A stretch of DNA of 64,000 nt from Gammaproteobacteria bacterium (GCA_965243205.1 CBDEUK010000002.1:768001-832000); one strand, 5' to 3'; shown: positions 31,701 to 41,287, counted from the first letter of the stretch. Notes: generated from the sequence alone by a model not told the origin. Translations and numbers: made by a program.

Positions 31701-34700
31701 AGCCATAGTAATTACCAGGATCATTTAGGCCATCGCGAGTGAAGAAGTTTTTGACGATGAGGCGATCTTCGCCAGTAGGACTGGAAACAACCAATGTTAA
31801 GTCATTTTGATTCGCACCATTACCATTCTCGCGTTTAATCGTAACATCAGAAGGTAAAATATCACCAATGAACTTAATAATATCCGTTTCTTCAGTGGCG
31901 CCATAAATACGGGTATTCTCTATTCGATCAGTGCCGTATCCTCGACCAAATAGATAAGTGTCATTTCCTCCCTCGCCACGAAGCGTATCATCGCCAGTAC
32001 CTCCATCGAGAATATCATTGCCATTACCACCACTTAACCAATCATCTCCAGCTTCTCCATAGATAGTATCATTTCCTTCACCACCCATAAGGCCGCCGCT
32101 ATGTCCATTAGTACGTCGGTATAATCCATCATCACCATCACCGCCATAAATCACATCATCTCCTGCATCACCAAAGATTCGATCAATACCAGAGCCACCA
32201 TAAATGGTGTCATTACCATCCCGACTATAAATATCATCATCGCCTGCATTACCAGAAATGCTATCATCAGAATCATAACCAGTAATACGATCATTATTGC
32301 TGGTACCAATCAATAACTGACTTTTAACCCACTCTGTTGTCCAAACAGTATTATCAGAAAAACGAATTTCTTCGATACGACGTTCAGGCGTATTACCATC
32401 ATTATTGAAATACCATTCAAGAGTTAATTTATCGGAAGTATTTTTGATTAGCAGTTCTAAGTGGATTCCATTACGAATTAATTGAACATCATCAGGCGAA
32501 ACATCACTTAAAAACTCTACTGCATCTACCTTATTGGTTAGGTCAGTACCGTAACCATTGTAGTTCATGACTCTGTCATGACCATAACCTCTACCAAAAC
32601 GATAAACATCATTTCCTTCGCCGCCAACAAGAGTATCGTTACCGGTTCCACCATCTAATATGTCATTACCTTCATCACCAACCAGATAATCATCACCAGC
32701 ATCACCAAACAGTTGGTCATTACCTTTATGTCCATAGAGGGAATCCTTACCGTCATTTCCGTGAACTATATCATTGCCACTTCGTGCATAGATATAGTCA
32801 TCACCAGCATTACCAGTAATCACATCATCCGTTAGATAACCCGTAATAGTATTATTGTTATCATCTCCAGTAAGTACAAATTGTTTAATATAATCGACAT
32901 CCCATATTTGACCATTGGCAAAACGAATTTCATCTACCGCTGAAGCCTCGTTAATATCTTCAGTTGTAAAATAAGCACTAACAATCAATTTATCTGTTGT
33001 ACCAATAATTTCTAACTCTAATGAATTGCCAACTCGAGAAATTGCAATGTCTTCTGGAGAAATGTCGTTATTAAATACAATGGCATCTTGTTTTATTGGT
33101 GAATAATCATAACTTGAAATGGTATCTATTCCATAACCTCGGCCAAATTTATAAATATCGTTTCCATAGCCACCGTCAAGCCTATCATTGCCTGCACCAC
33201 CGTCTAAAATATCATCCCCAAATCGTATGGAACCATTATCACCATGAAGATAGTCATCACCAGCGCCGCCAAACAGGATGTCATCGCCAGCATCTCCGTA
33301 AAGAGAATCATCTCCATCATTTCCATAGAGGATATCGTTTAGCTCACCGCCTTGAAGTCGATCTGTTTCAGCTTGCCCTAATATAATTTCATTTTCTAAT
33401 CCTAAGCCATTACGAAACTGAGGATCATTTATGTCAGTTCGGTTGAATACATTCATTTGAACTAGTAAAGATTCAAGAGCACTATTTCCTTCTGCTTCAT
33501 CAGCCCAACTTTTCAACTGCTCAAGGCCATTCCATCCATATTGGTGCAAAGTATTGCCAGCATAACGATTTAGCTCAATCAGATCGATATAAGCTAACAT
33601 TGCACTTGACTGTTTAAGATCAGACAGTAAGGTATTGAGTGTTGTGAAATCAAAATCGATTGTCCCTGTATCACTAATACCAAAATCAATTGCTTCCATG
33701 TATGGTTTTAGTCGAGTTTGAAATAGTAGGCCTGCATAAATAGACTCACGTAATTGAGCATAAGACCTTTCTATATTTACTTTCTGTGCTTCTGCATATA
33801 CTAAATCCGTTTCTTTCATATAAATAACATTACTGTCCACACGACCACTACTTGAACCAGTACCAACGCCTCTTCTAAATGTAGTTCTTCCTGTACTAGC
33901 CGACGTTACAAATCGTTCTGGCTCTCCATCTTGATTGTCATCTTCAATCTCAAAACTAAAATCAAAGAAGTTTTGATTATTAAACACTTCTAACATTTGA
34001 ATTTTTGCTAGTACTTCAACATCTCGTCTGTCTGGATAAGCGCCTACTCTAAGTGTTGAACCGTCATGAGTAACATCTCCAATTGTTAAATAACCTGTAG
34101 AGCCGTTACTTCCAGAACCACTGCTAGTTGGGGTAGTAAATTCAGCATCATCTTCTAGAATTGGATTAGAGATTACAAACTCGACATCCCATGTTTTTGC
34201 AGCTACATTAACAGTGCCTGTGGAGATTGCAGGTGTTTCTATAGTGGCATCATCGAGTCGATCTTTTAAAAGATAATAGCCAGACGTTAAAGCCCATTCA
34301 TGGATGATTTGATCTAATAAAGCTTCTTGGCCAGCTTTAGTTGTGATTTGAGAATATTGATTTAAAAGGCTAGTCAATTCAGAACTTAATGTTGCTGCTT
34401 GTCTTAAATCACGAACCGCACCTGAACCTTGCATATTCGGAAGGGCTTGATGAGATTCAGGTATAGCTAAAACATCTTGGAACTCACGATAAAAATTATT
34501 CGTTGCTAGATTCAAACTTGCAGCAGCACCCGTTTGTCCAGTACTACCATTGCTATAAGTAAATGTACCTTCAGCAATCGCAACATTTCCATGACCAACA
34601 TTAGTGTTTGCCTGGACACCGTCAGTACTTATACTCTCGACACCTAGTTGGTTTAGAGTAAATAATTCATTTGATTGACTGATACCGTCAGAATTTAAGT

Positions 34701-35682
34701 CTCTCCAAATTCTTAACTTACTAAAATCAACATCTCTAGAATCAACTAACCCATCAGAATTGCTATCCAAATCACTTAAAGCATCAAAACCATCTTTTGC
34801 AGTAGAACCATCAGATTTAATCGTATTGTCACCAAATAACTCAAGACCATTATCGATCATACCATTATTGTTTCTATCCATGACGACCATTCCATCATCT
34901 GGATGAATCCAACCTATAGCAGATTTAGTTCCATCTGCATCATGATCAAACAATACTGTTCCATCAGCTGGAATCGTCTCAATACCGTCTCCATCTAAGT
35001 CAAGAGTAAGAGGATCACTAGGTGGAATCCATTTCAGTGCCTCTTGAAAAAACTCGCCTACAGGTTTGAATATTTCATCAAAATATGGCGCAAAGTAACT
35101 ATCATTTAATAACCAATCAACAGCTAGACCTACACCAATAAAAACACCAAATGTCGCAATAAGCCCCCATGATGCTGGAATTAATGCTGCTGCGATTAAA
35201 CCAGTTAATGTTGAAAATGCTAATTTTCCAATTTCACTTGGGTCATCACCAAATAGCGCATCAAGAAATTGATATAAATCATATGCTGCTCCACCTGCCT
35301 CTTTAATAATTTTTCCTGCAGCACCATAAGCAGCACTCTCTGTTGCAAGTTGAAGTTGTCCATTTACAGCATCTATACGGTTTCTTAAGTATGTACGTAT
35401 CTGACCCAAATCACCTGCTTTATCAGTAAGGGTTCTTGCTTCAACACTATCAGATCCAAAATGTGTTTGTGCTTTATCAGCTATATCTAAACCTAGATTT
35501 TGAATATACTCTAAGTTTTGTTCTAATTTATTCAGGGTATGTAATGCTGTCTCAGAATCGGAGAGCCCATTTTCTAACGCAAAATCAAATGCATCTCCTA
35601 TAGTTTGATTAATTGTATTTTTTACAGCCGAAGCAAAAGTTTTAACATCATTTTGAAATGAATTTTGGTTTTGTCCTGACAT
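28741..35682 (-). CDS. Large RTX calcium-binding protein with FrpC/ApxIVA-type self-processing module
   Basis: Many GGxGxDxL nonapeptides; D223-P224-LTLDLDGDGIET...GWIHPDDG...D.NNNG.IDNG.ELFGD; C-terminal T1SS-type signal ending ...QLDQLVSVMAS...AAWQ. Confidence 0.92.
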   Translation of the reverse strand: MSGQNQNSFQNDVKTFASAVKNTINQTIGDAFDFALENGLSDSETALHTLNKLEQNLEYIQNLGLDIADKAQTHFGSDSVEARTLTDKAGDLGQIRTYLRNRIDAVNGQLQLATESAAYGAAGKIIKEAGGAAYDLYQFLDALFGDDPSEIGKLAFSTLTGLIAAALIPASWGLIATFGVFIGVGLAVDWLLNDSYFAPYFDEIFKPVGEFFQEALKWIPPSDPLTLDLDGDGIETIPADGTVLFDHDADGTKSAIGWIHPDDGMVVMDRNNNGMIDNGLELFGDNTIKSDGSTAKDGFDALSDLDSNSDGLVDSRDVDFSKLRIWRDLNSDGISQSNELFTLNQLGVESISTDGVQANTNVGHGNVAIAEGTFTYSNGSTGQTGAAASLNLATNNFYREFQDVLAIPESHQALPNMQGSGAVRDLRQAATLSSELTSLLNQYSQITTKAGQEALLDQIIHEWALTSGYYLLKDRLDDATIETPAISTGTVNVAAKTWDVEFVISNPILEDDAEFTTPTSSGSGSNGSTGYLTIGDVTHDGSTLRVGAYPDRRDVEVLAKIQMLEVFNNQNFFDFSFEIEDDNQDGEPERFVTSASTGRTTFRRGVGTGSSSGRVDSNVIYMKETDLVYAEAQKVNIERSYAQLRESIYAGLLFQTRLKPYMEAIDFGISDTGTIDFDFTTLNTLLSDLKQSSAMLAYIDLIELNRYAGNTLHQYGWNGLEQLKSWADEAEGNSALESLLVQMNVFNRTDINDPQFRNGLGLENEIILGQAETDRLQGGELNDILYGNDGDDSLYGDAGDDILFGGAGDDYLHGDNGSIRFGDDILDGGAGNDRLDGGYGNDIYKFGRGYGIDTISSYDYSPIKQDAIVFNNDISPEDIAISRVGNSLELEIIGTTDKLIVSAYFTTEDINEASAVDEIRFANGQIWDVDYIKQFVLTGDDNNNTITGYLTDDVITGNAGDDYIYARSGNDIVHGNDGKDSLYGHKGNDQLFGDAGDDYLVGDEGNDILDGGTGNDTLVGGEGNDVYRFGRGYGHDRVMNYNGYGTDLTNKVDAVEFLSDVSPDDVQLIRNGIHLELLIKNTSDKLTLEWYFNNDGNTPERRIEEIRFSDNTVWTTEWVKSQLLIGTSNNDRITGYDSDDSISGNAGDDDIYSRDGNDTIYGGSGIDRIFGDAGDDVIYGGDGDDGLYRRTNGHSGGLMGGEGNDTIYGEAGDDWLSGGNGNDILDGGTGDDTLRGEGGNDTYLFGRGYGTDRIENTRIYGATEETDIIKFIGDILPSDVTIKRENGNGANQNDLTLVVSSPTGEDRLIVKNFFTRDGLNDPGNYYGSYINQIQFESSPDTIWDTNYLLDAALNSATDGNDWLGGYASDDTLNAGAGDDVVYGFDGNDTLDAGSGNDTVYGGEGNDVLNGDDGNDYLVGENGNDILDGGAGNDRLYGGDGNDIYYFGRNYGKDSIYLYDNGTNKLDKVIFKGDILPSEISAQQSGYNLILTLDVNTQLTLEYYFWSNGTDPKYQLEEFHFESTPSEIWGRNEIDTLIAAGSSNSNDDSGSSSSDTNGTVTSETFTGTNGDDVINAGGGNDWVYGQDGNDVLRGGDGNDYLYGRNDNDTLFGEDGNDSLYGDNGNDILDGGAGNDYMGGGYGDDVYHFGLGSGQDTISDYDPTAGNLDVVEFGAGIAPTDIQLSRTGNNLVLSVVGTSDKLTLSNYLLNDGDERYSIEELRFADGTTWVLDWIKETLLVGTSNGETITGYATSDVINAGGGNDWVYGQDGNDVLRGGDGNDYLYGRNDNDTLFGEDGNDSLYGDNGNDILDGGAGNDYMGGGYGDDVYHFGLGSGQDTISDYDPTVGNLDVVEFGAGIAPTDIQLSRTGNNLVLSVVGTSDKLTLSNYLLNDGDERYSIEELRFADGTTWVLDWIKETLLVGTSNGETITGYATSDVINAGGGNDWVYGQDGNDVLRGGDGNDYLYGRNDNDTLFGEDGNDSLYGDNGNDILDGGAGNDYMGGGYGDDIYHFGLGSGQDTISDYDPTAGNLDVVEFGAGIAPTDIQLSRTGNNLVLSVVGTSDKLTLSNYLLNDGDERYSIEELRFADGTTWVLDWIKETLLVGTSNGETITGYATSDVINAGGGNDWVYGQDGNDVLRGGDGNDYLYGRNDNDTLFGEDGNDSLYGDNGNDILDGGAGNDYMSGGYGDDIYHFGLGSGQDTIYDYDAAAGNQDKVTFQSGISANDLWFRKIGNNLEISVIGSEDKLTVSNQMLNANYQVETFELSDGKTLLLNQLDQLVSVMASISTTEPASIDGLTVQQQNELNTAIAAAWQ
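29077..30972 (-). repeat. Intragenic tandem repeat, 546-bp (182-aa) unit, about 3.5 near-identical copies
   Basis: Identical shadow ORFs recur at 29163/29709/30255/30801 and 29607/30153/30699 (period 546). Repeat ends are approximate. Confidence 0.92.
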
Positions 35683-35699
35683 TTAAATCCTCCTACTAT

Positions 35700-36224
35700 T
35701 TAGTTAACTAATTTCTTAAAAAAATGGGATAAATAAAAAATACTTATTATGAACATAGTCCATGAACCCCAAGATAAAATTGCCATCCCAATTAAAGTCT
35801 CTGAAAACAACCTAATAAATATTCCTGGTTTTACATTTTGAATGTTCCCTGAATGCTCAAAGCCACCAACACAAGTAATAACCCCTAAAAAGAATAAAAC
35901 AAATAAAAGGATTACTACTTTAGTTGTATATGCATCGTAATTTATTATTTTTATATTTCTGAAAAACAAGAAAAGTATTAATACGCTACTCAAAGGTAAA
36001 AATAGCCATACAGCTCTGGCCTCATCATAATAATCTGATAAAAGTGGTGATCGATTCACCGCAGGAATTAATAAAGATAATTGATCACAAACACTACAAT
36101 TCGCCATATCTATTTCCATATAATTTATTAAGCAAGCAATAGTTAAAGTAATTAATGCCCAACTACCTAATACTATGTTAGAAAATCGTTCAGATTTCTT
36201 AGATATATATCTCTCATCATTCAC
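35700..36224 (-). CDS. Small 4-TM membrane protein; candidate immunity or accessory protein of the RTX
   Basis: 174 aa, four hydrophobic segments, very AT-rich, between hlyD and the RTX gene (17 bp gap to the RTX). Confidence 0.7.
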   Translation of the reverse strand: MNDERYISKKSERFSNIVLGSWALITLTIACLINYMEIDMANCSVCDQLSLLIPAVNRSPLLSDYYDEARAVWLFLPLSSVLILFLFFRNIKIINYDAYTTKVVILLFVLFFLGVITCVGGFEHSGNIQNVKPGIFIRLFSETLIGMAILSWGSWTMFIISIFYLSHFFKKLVN

Positions 36225-36266
36225 TTATATGTTACCCAGTATATTTTTATTTCTAGCATTATAATT

Positions 36267-37709
36267 TTATCGCTCACGAATACTCTCTTGCTTATATCTA
36301 AGAAGCGGACTCAAAAAATATTCAATCACTCTTCGCTTACCTGTTTTAATTTCAACATTCACACTCATACCAGGTGTTAAATTAACTAATTTATTATTGA
36401 CCTGCATTTTAGTTTTATGAATTAAAATTTTAGCCATATACACCAAGCCTAAATTCTCATCAGATATTGCATCATTAGATAAATTAATTACCTCAGCATC
36501 AATGGTTCCGTATTTTGTAAAATTGAAGGTATCTATTTTCACCTCAGCAACTTGTCCTTCCTCGATGAAACCAATGTCTTTATTAAGCACTAAAGCTTCT
36601 ACTTCCAATACAGATTGTTCAGGAACAATGAGCATCAACTCTTGAGCTGGCGTAACGACTCCACCTATAGTGTGAACTGCTAATTGTTGAACTGTTCCAT
36701 TGATTGGAGAATAAATAACTTGTTGATGATTTCTTTTATTGGCTTTTATCAACTCTTGTTCAATTGAAGAAATTTGAATAGAAGTTTCATTCAATTCTTG
36801 CAGATTCGTTTTTTGTACTTCTGCTTTTAATGTTTTTAATTGTGAATTTATTTCATTGATAGAAGCTATGATTTCTCTGTGCTGCGCTTTTAATGCTTGA
36901 AGATCTTGCTCTTGCTCTATTCTTTCCTGTTCTAAAGATAAAAATTGATCTCTAGCAACTAAATCTTTTTTCATAAGTTTCTTTAAAGAATCAACGCGTT
37001 CAGTAATCAACGGCAATGTTCGCTCTAATTTAATAACTGTCGCTTTGATACTTTGTTTCTCTGACTGCCGTTTTTCTAACTCATTCAATAATGTCTCTTT
37101 TCTATGATCGTATTCATTGATTTGTTCAACTAATAACTGATGTTGATTATTCACTTCATTTTTAGAAAAGGCTTGCTCGTTATTTTGGTTATGAGAATCA
37201 TAAACATCATTAAACTCAGACAAAGAATTCTGTAACCATTCATTACTTCTTGAATCGCCTGTATCAAGTATTTTTTGGAATTCTGTATTACGTGTTTTTT
37301 GTAAGCCTAACGAATAAAGTTGTTGTTCAAATCGTGTCGCATCTGCTTCTGTGGCTGTAGTATCTAAGGTAATTAATACATCGCCTTCTTGAACATACTG
37401 CCCCTCTTTAACATGGATAGTATTGATTTTGCCTATTTCTAATGGTTGAATTGTTTTTACACGATCACTTGGAATAATTTTTCCTGGCGCAACAGCGACC
37501 ACATCCAGTTTTCCGAAATATCCCCAAACCAAAGTTAATACAAATAACAACATAATCGTCCAGATAATGGCTCTTCCAATAGGCGATGGAGGCGTCTCCT
37601 GAATTTCAAGTACTGCTGGCATAAAAGCATAGGTGCTTCGTCTGATTTTCTCAGGGGTATCAAACCAATCAATCGGTTTGTTTAAAATTTTTGTCAACCA
37701 TTTGATCAT
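36267..37709 (-). CDS. hlyD: T1SS membrane fusion protein (HlyD family)
   Basis: F.PAVLEIQETP, SPINGTVQQL, NKDIGF and PGMSVNVEIKTGKRRVIEYFLSP motifs. Confidence 0.93.
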   Translation of the reverse strand: MIKWLTKILNKPIDWFDTPEKIRRSTYAFMPAVLEIQETPPSPIGRAIIWTIMLLFVLTLVWGYFGKLDVVAVAPGKIIPSDRVKTIQPLEIGKINTIHVKEGQYVQEGDVLITLDTTATEADATRFEQQLYSLGLQKTRNTEFQKILDTGDSRSNEWLQNSLSEFNDVYDSHNQNNEQAFSKNEVNNQHQLLVEQINEYDHRKETLLNELEKRQSEKQSIKATVIKLERTLPLITERVDSLKKLMKKDLVARDQFLSLEQERIEQEQDLQALKAQHREIIASINEINSQLKTLKAEVQKTNLQELNETSIQISSIEQELIKANKRNHQQVIYSPINGTVQQLAVHTIGGVVTPAQELMLIVPEQSVLEVEALVLNKDIGFIEEGQVAEVKIDTFNFTKYGTIDAEVINLSNDAISDENLGLVYMAKILIHKTKMQVNNKLVNLTPGMSVNVEIKTGKRRVIEYFLSPLLRYKQESIRER

Positions 37710-39859
37710 GCAACGGCTCCATTACCAACGGTTTGATGAAAATGCAGTTTTGCATACAATCCTTTATGTTTTATTAACCCTTCATGATTCCCTTGTTCGA
37801 TAATCTTTCCTTTATCCATGACAATAATTCGATCGGCATTTCTGACAGTGGATAGTCGATGCGCAATAATTAAAACCGTTCTATCTTGTGCTATCGCTTG
37901 CATGTTATTTTGAATAATGCGTTCAGACTCATAATCTAAAGCGCTGGTTGCTTCATCAAAGATCAAAATTCTTGGGTTAGTTAATAATGCCCTTGCAATT
38001 GCTATACGTTGTTTTTGGCCGCCTGATAAATTTTGTCCTTGTTCTTCAATACGTGTGTCATAACCTTCAGGCATTTCTAAAATGAAATCATGTGCACCTG
38101 CTAATTTTGCAGCGTGAATGACTTCTTCGATTGGAGTTCCAGGGTCTGTCAAGGCAATGTTGTCTTTCACCGAACGATTAAATAAAAAGTTATCCTGTAA
38201 TACGACACCAATTTGTCGTCGGAGCCATGCGGGCTGTATTAATGATAAATCAATACCATCAACTAATATTCGACCGTTTTCTGGAACATATAATCGTTGT
38301 ACGAGTTTTGTAAGTGTGCTCTTACCTGAACCAGAACGCCCAACAATGCCAACAACTTCACCTGCTTGTATCGCTAAATTAATATCAGACAATATCTGAG
38401 GTTGGTCGGGGCGATATCGAAAACTGATATGCTCAAACTGGATATGACCTTTGATATCAGGAAGGGTAGTTCGATTAGGATCGTGTCCAGCTTCAGGAGG
38501 TGAGTTTAATATGTCACCCAATCGTTCAATTGAAATACCTGCTTGCTGGAAATCTTGCCATAATTGAACTAATCGTAAAATTGGACCTGATACTCTTCCA
38601 GCAATCATATTAAATGCTATTAATTGACCTACACTAAGTTCACCTAAGATAACCAAGCGAGCACCAAACCAAAGAATTAATATGGTTACAACTTTATTAA
38701 TGAATTGTGCAACCTGAGAAGAAATGTTTCCTAAATTTTGACTTCTAAATGCCGATGACACGTAGCCCGCTAATTGTTCTTCCCATTTGCGCTGCATCTG
38801 TGGTTCAACTGACATTGATTTTAATGTCTCTGCGCCTGAAATAGATTCAACTAAAAAAGCTTGATTCTCTGCACCACGTTTGAACTTTTCATCTAAACGT
38901 TTTCTTAAGATAGGTGTAATAAAAGCTGATAATGCAACATAAAATGGAATTGAACCAAGCACAACCCAAAACAAGGTTGGGCTGTAGTAATACATGACAG
39001 CAAAAAAGATGACTGTGAAAAATAAATCAATAACTAAAGTTAACGCTGAACCTGTAATAAAATTACGAATAGTATCCAGTTCTCTTACTCTTGCTACAGT
39101 GGTGCCAACTTGTCGAGTCTGAAAATAACTAATCGGTAAGCTAATCAGATGTCGATATAAATTTGATCCTAACGTTACATCAACACGATTGGTTGTGTGT
39201 GAAAATAAATAAGTTCGAAGACCATTCAGAACAACATCAAAAATTGAAATTGCTAGCAACCCAATCGCTAGAACATCCAGTGTACTCAAACCTCGATGCA
39301 CTAAGACTTTATCAATGATCACTTGAAAAAATAGCGGTGTAATCAATGCAAACAATTGTATAAAGAAAGAAGCCAGCAAGACTTCTCCTAATAATTTTTT
39401 GTGTTTAAGAATGGCAGGGATAAACCAACTAATATCAAATTTTCCTGAAACACCAGGAATAATAGAACGCTTGGTTATTAAAATCAGATCACCTGACCAA
39501 CGTTCATTCAAACGTGTTACGGATATTTCTTCTGGTCGATTTTGAGTAGGATCTTGTATTAAGACTTTTTCTTTTTCAGCGTTATACTGAGCTAAAATAA
39601 AATAATTACCTTCATTATCTTTTGCTATTGCAGGAAAAGAAAATTCAGATAAATTGCTAGAGCTAGTATGAACCGATTTAGCTTTAAGCTTAAGATATTT
39701 TGCTGCGCGTAAAATTTCTGTATCAGAAAATAAGCGATCTAATTGCCCAAACTCATGTTGTAGAGCTGGAGAATCAGCCGCTAACTGATAATAACGAGCG
39801 ATTAATACGAGACAGACGCACCCTGTATCAATTTTATTATTTTGTACTTCATCAGGCAT
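37706..39859 (-). CDS. hlyB: T1SS ABC transporter (HlyB family) with C39-like domain
   Basis: WFIPAI.K, DKVLVHRG, GRSGSGKST, LSGGQKQR and FDEATSALD motifs; ATGA overlap with hlyD. Confidence 0.95.
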   Translation of the reverse strand: MPDEVQNNKIDTGCVCLVLIARYYQLAADSPALQHEFGQLDRLFSDTEILRAAKYLKLKAKSVHTSSSNLSEFSFPAIAKDNEGNYFILAQYNAEKEKVLIQDPTQNRPEEISVTRLNERWSGDLILITKRSIIPGVSGKFDISWFIPAILKHKKLLGEVLLASFFIQLFALITPLFFQVIIDKVLVHRGLSTLDVLAIGLLAISIFDVVLNGLRTYLFSHTTNRVDVTLGSNLYRHLISLPISYFQTRQVGTTVARVRELDTIRNFITGSALTLVIDLFFTVIFFAVMYYYSPTLFWVVLGSIPFYVALSAFITPILRKRLDEKFKRGAENQAFLVESISGAETLKSMSVEPQMQRKWEEQLAGYVSSAFRSQNLGNISSQVAQFINKVVTILILWFGARLVILGELSVGQLIAFNMIAGRVSGPILRLVQLWQDFQQAGISIERLGDILNSPPEAGHDPNRTTLPDIKGHIQFEHISFRYRPDQPQILSDINLAIQAGEVVGIVGRSGSGKSTLTKLVQRLYVPENGRILVDGIDLSLIQPAWLRRQIGVVLQDNFLFNRSVKDNIALTDPGTPIEEVIHAAKLAGAHDFILEMPEGYDTRIEEQGQNLSGGQKQRIAIARALLTNPRILIFDEATSALDYESERIIQNNMQAIAQDRTVLIIAHRLSTVRNADRIIVMDKGKIIEQGNHEGLIKHKGLYAKLHFHQTVGNGAVA

Positions 39860-39954
39860 TCGTGCCTATCCTTCCCATCTAACTAATTATTACTACTCAC
39901 TCTATATTGAGTGTTTTAAGGAAAGGAACTTAACATTAATTATGAAAAAAAAAA

Positions 39955-40018
39955 TCACCCATATGGGTGAATATAAATGAATGTTTTATGAATATTGTGT
40001 AGTAATCTTATAAGATTA
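39955..40018. promoter_or_regulatory. Two perfect 16-bp palindromes upstream of the T1SS operon
   Basis: TCACCCATATGGGTGA (39955-39970) and TAATCTTATAAGATTA (40003-40018). Confidence 0.5.
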
Positions 40019-40087
40019 TTATCTAAGCGAATGATTCCATTATGTTAAATAAAGTATCAAACGCAATAATATATTTTTAATTATTGA

Positions 40088-40699
40088 TTAACTTTTTAAA
40101 GATTTTTCGTATTTCTTGTAGTAACTCAAAACTTTTTTCACATAATTTTGAGTTTCTTTATACGGCGGAATTTTGTTTCCATATTTGATAACTGCATTTT
40201 CACCTGCGTTGTATGCAGCCAGTGCGAGTTGTAAATCGTTATCAAACATTTGTAACAAGTCACGAAAATAACGACTACCGCCATTAATATTTTCATGCGG
40301 GTTTTTACGATTTCCAACACCATAACGTTTCGCGGTTGCTGGCATTAATTGCATCATACCAACAGCACCTGCAGATGAGATCGCATGTGGATCGTATGCA
40401 GATTCTGCAGAGATGATCGCATGCAATAAACTTTTGGGAATGGCATATACCTTGGCGTAATGTTCAATGGTTGAAGAATATTTCTTTTGATTCTTTAAGA
40501 AATTTTTATAAGCAACACTGCCACGAGGTTTTTCAACCCATCCTTTCCATGTTTTAACTAATTGCTTATAACCTTTATGAGGTGGCTTGTCCGTTAAGGT
40601 CACACGGCCGTGTTTATCGACATAACGATAGATATCGGCTTGCACACTCTGCATGCCAATCATCAAAGTTATTAATGCTGATAAAACGAACACTCTCAT
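40088..40699 (-). CDS. Lytic transglycosylase (SLT domain) with DUF4124-like N-terminus
   Basis: AESAYDP, GAVGMMQLMP, AAYNAGE and PPYKETQNYV motifs. Confidence 0.9.
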   Translation of the reverse strand: MRVFVLSALITLMIGMQSVQADIYRYVDKHGRVTLTDKPPHKGYKQLVKTWKGWVEKPRGSVAYKNFLKNQKKYSSTIEHYAKVYAIPKSLLHAIISAESAYDPHAISSAGAVGMMQLMPATAKRYGVGNRKNPHENINGGSRYFRDLLQMFDNDLQLALAAYNAGENAVIKYGNKIPPYKETQNYVKKVLSYYKKYEKSLKS

Positions 40700-40750
40700 A
40701 AAATAAAACTCTGCTCAGTCCTAATTAACTTAATTTATCCTGAATAATGG

Positions 40751-41236
40751 CTAAATATATAACAAATAGGCAATTATTTGCAAAATAACCAGGCCATAAA
40801 GCCCGGCAAGTACATCATCTAACATAATGCCCAGACCACCTTTCACGCCTTTATCGATGCTTTTTATTGGCCAAGGCTTCCAAATATCAAAAATTCGAAA
40901 CAATACAAATCCAAGCAGGATCCATTCCCAACCTTTAGGAGCCATTAACATCGTTAGCCAGAATCCGATGAACTCATCCCAAACAATAGCTGGATGATCA
41001 TGCACTTGTAATGCATCCGCTGTTGCTTGGCATAAATAGATTCCGATCAAAAATCCAATCACCAATACTATGATATAAGGCAACAAAGCCAGATTTTGCA
41101 AGAATAGATAGGGTAAAATTGCGGCCACTGTCCCAAAAGTGCCTGGTGCTTTGGGAGCTAGGCCGCTACCAAAGCCCAATGATAGAAAATGCACTGGGTT
41201 CAGAAGTAACTTTACTGGGACTGGTTGAGAACTCAT
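40751..41236 (-). CDS. pgpA: Phosphatidylglycerophosphatase A
   Basis: GFGSGLAPKAPGTFGT, VWDEF, FRIFDIWKPWP and GIMLDD motifs. Confidence 0.95.
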   Translation of the reverse strand: MSSQPVPVKLLLNPVHFLSLGFGSGLAPKAPGTFGTVAAILPYLFLQNLALLPYIIVLVIGFLIGIYLCQATADALQVHDHPAIVWDEFIGFWLTMLMAPKGWEWILLGFVLFRIFDIWKPWPIKSIDKGVKGGLGIMLDDVLAGLYGLVILQIIAYLLYI

Positions 41237-41287
41237 GATGAATTATTCGTTATGACAATGACTATAGCTTTATCATAGAATTAAACG

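Noticed and set aside
28741-35682. Classical HlyA-type hemolysin
   Set aside because: There is no hlyC acyltransferase in the locus and no HlyA-length N-terminal hydrophobic domain; the architecture is FrpC/ApxIVA-like.
37706-39859. Peptidase-active bacteriocin exporter (PCAT)
   Set aside because: The N-domain reads DTG where active C39 domains have DCG, as in the inactive C39-like domain of HlyB, and the substrate has no double-glycine leader.
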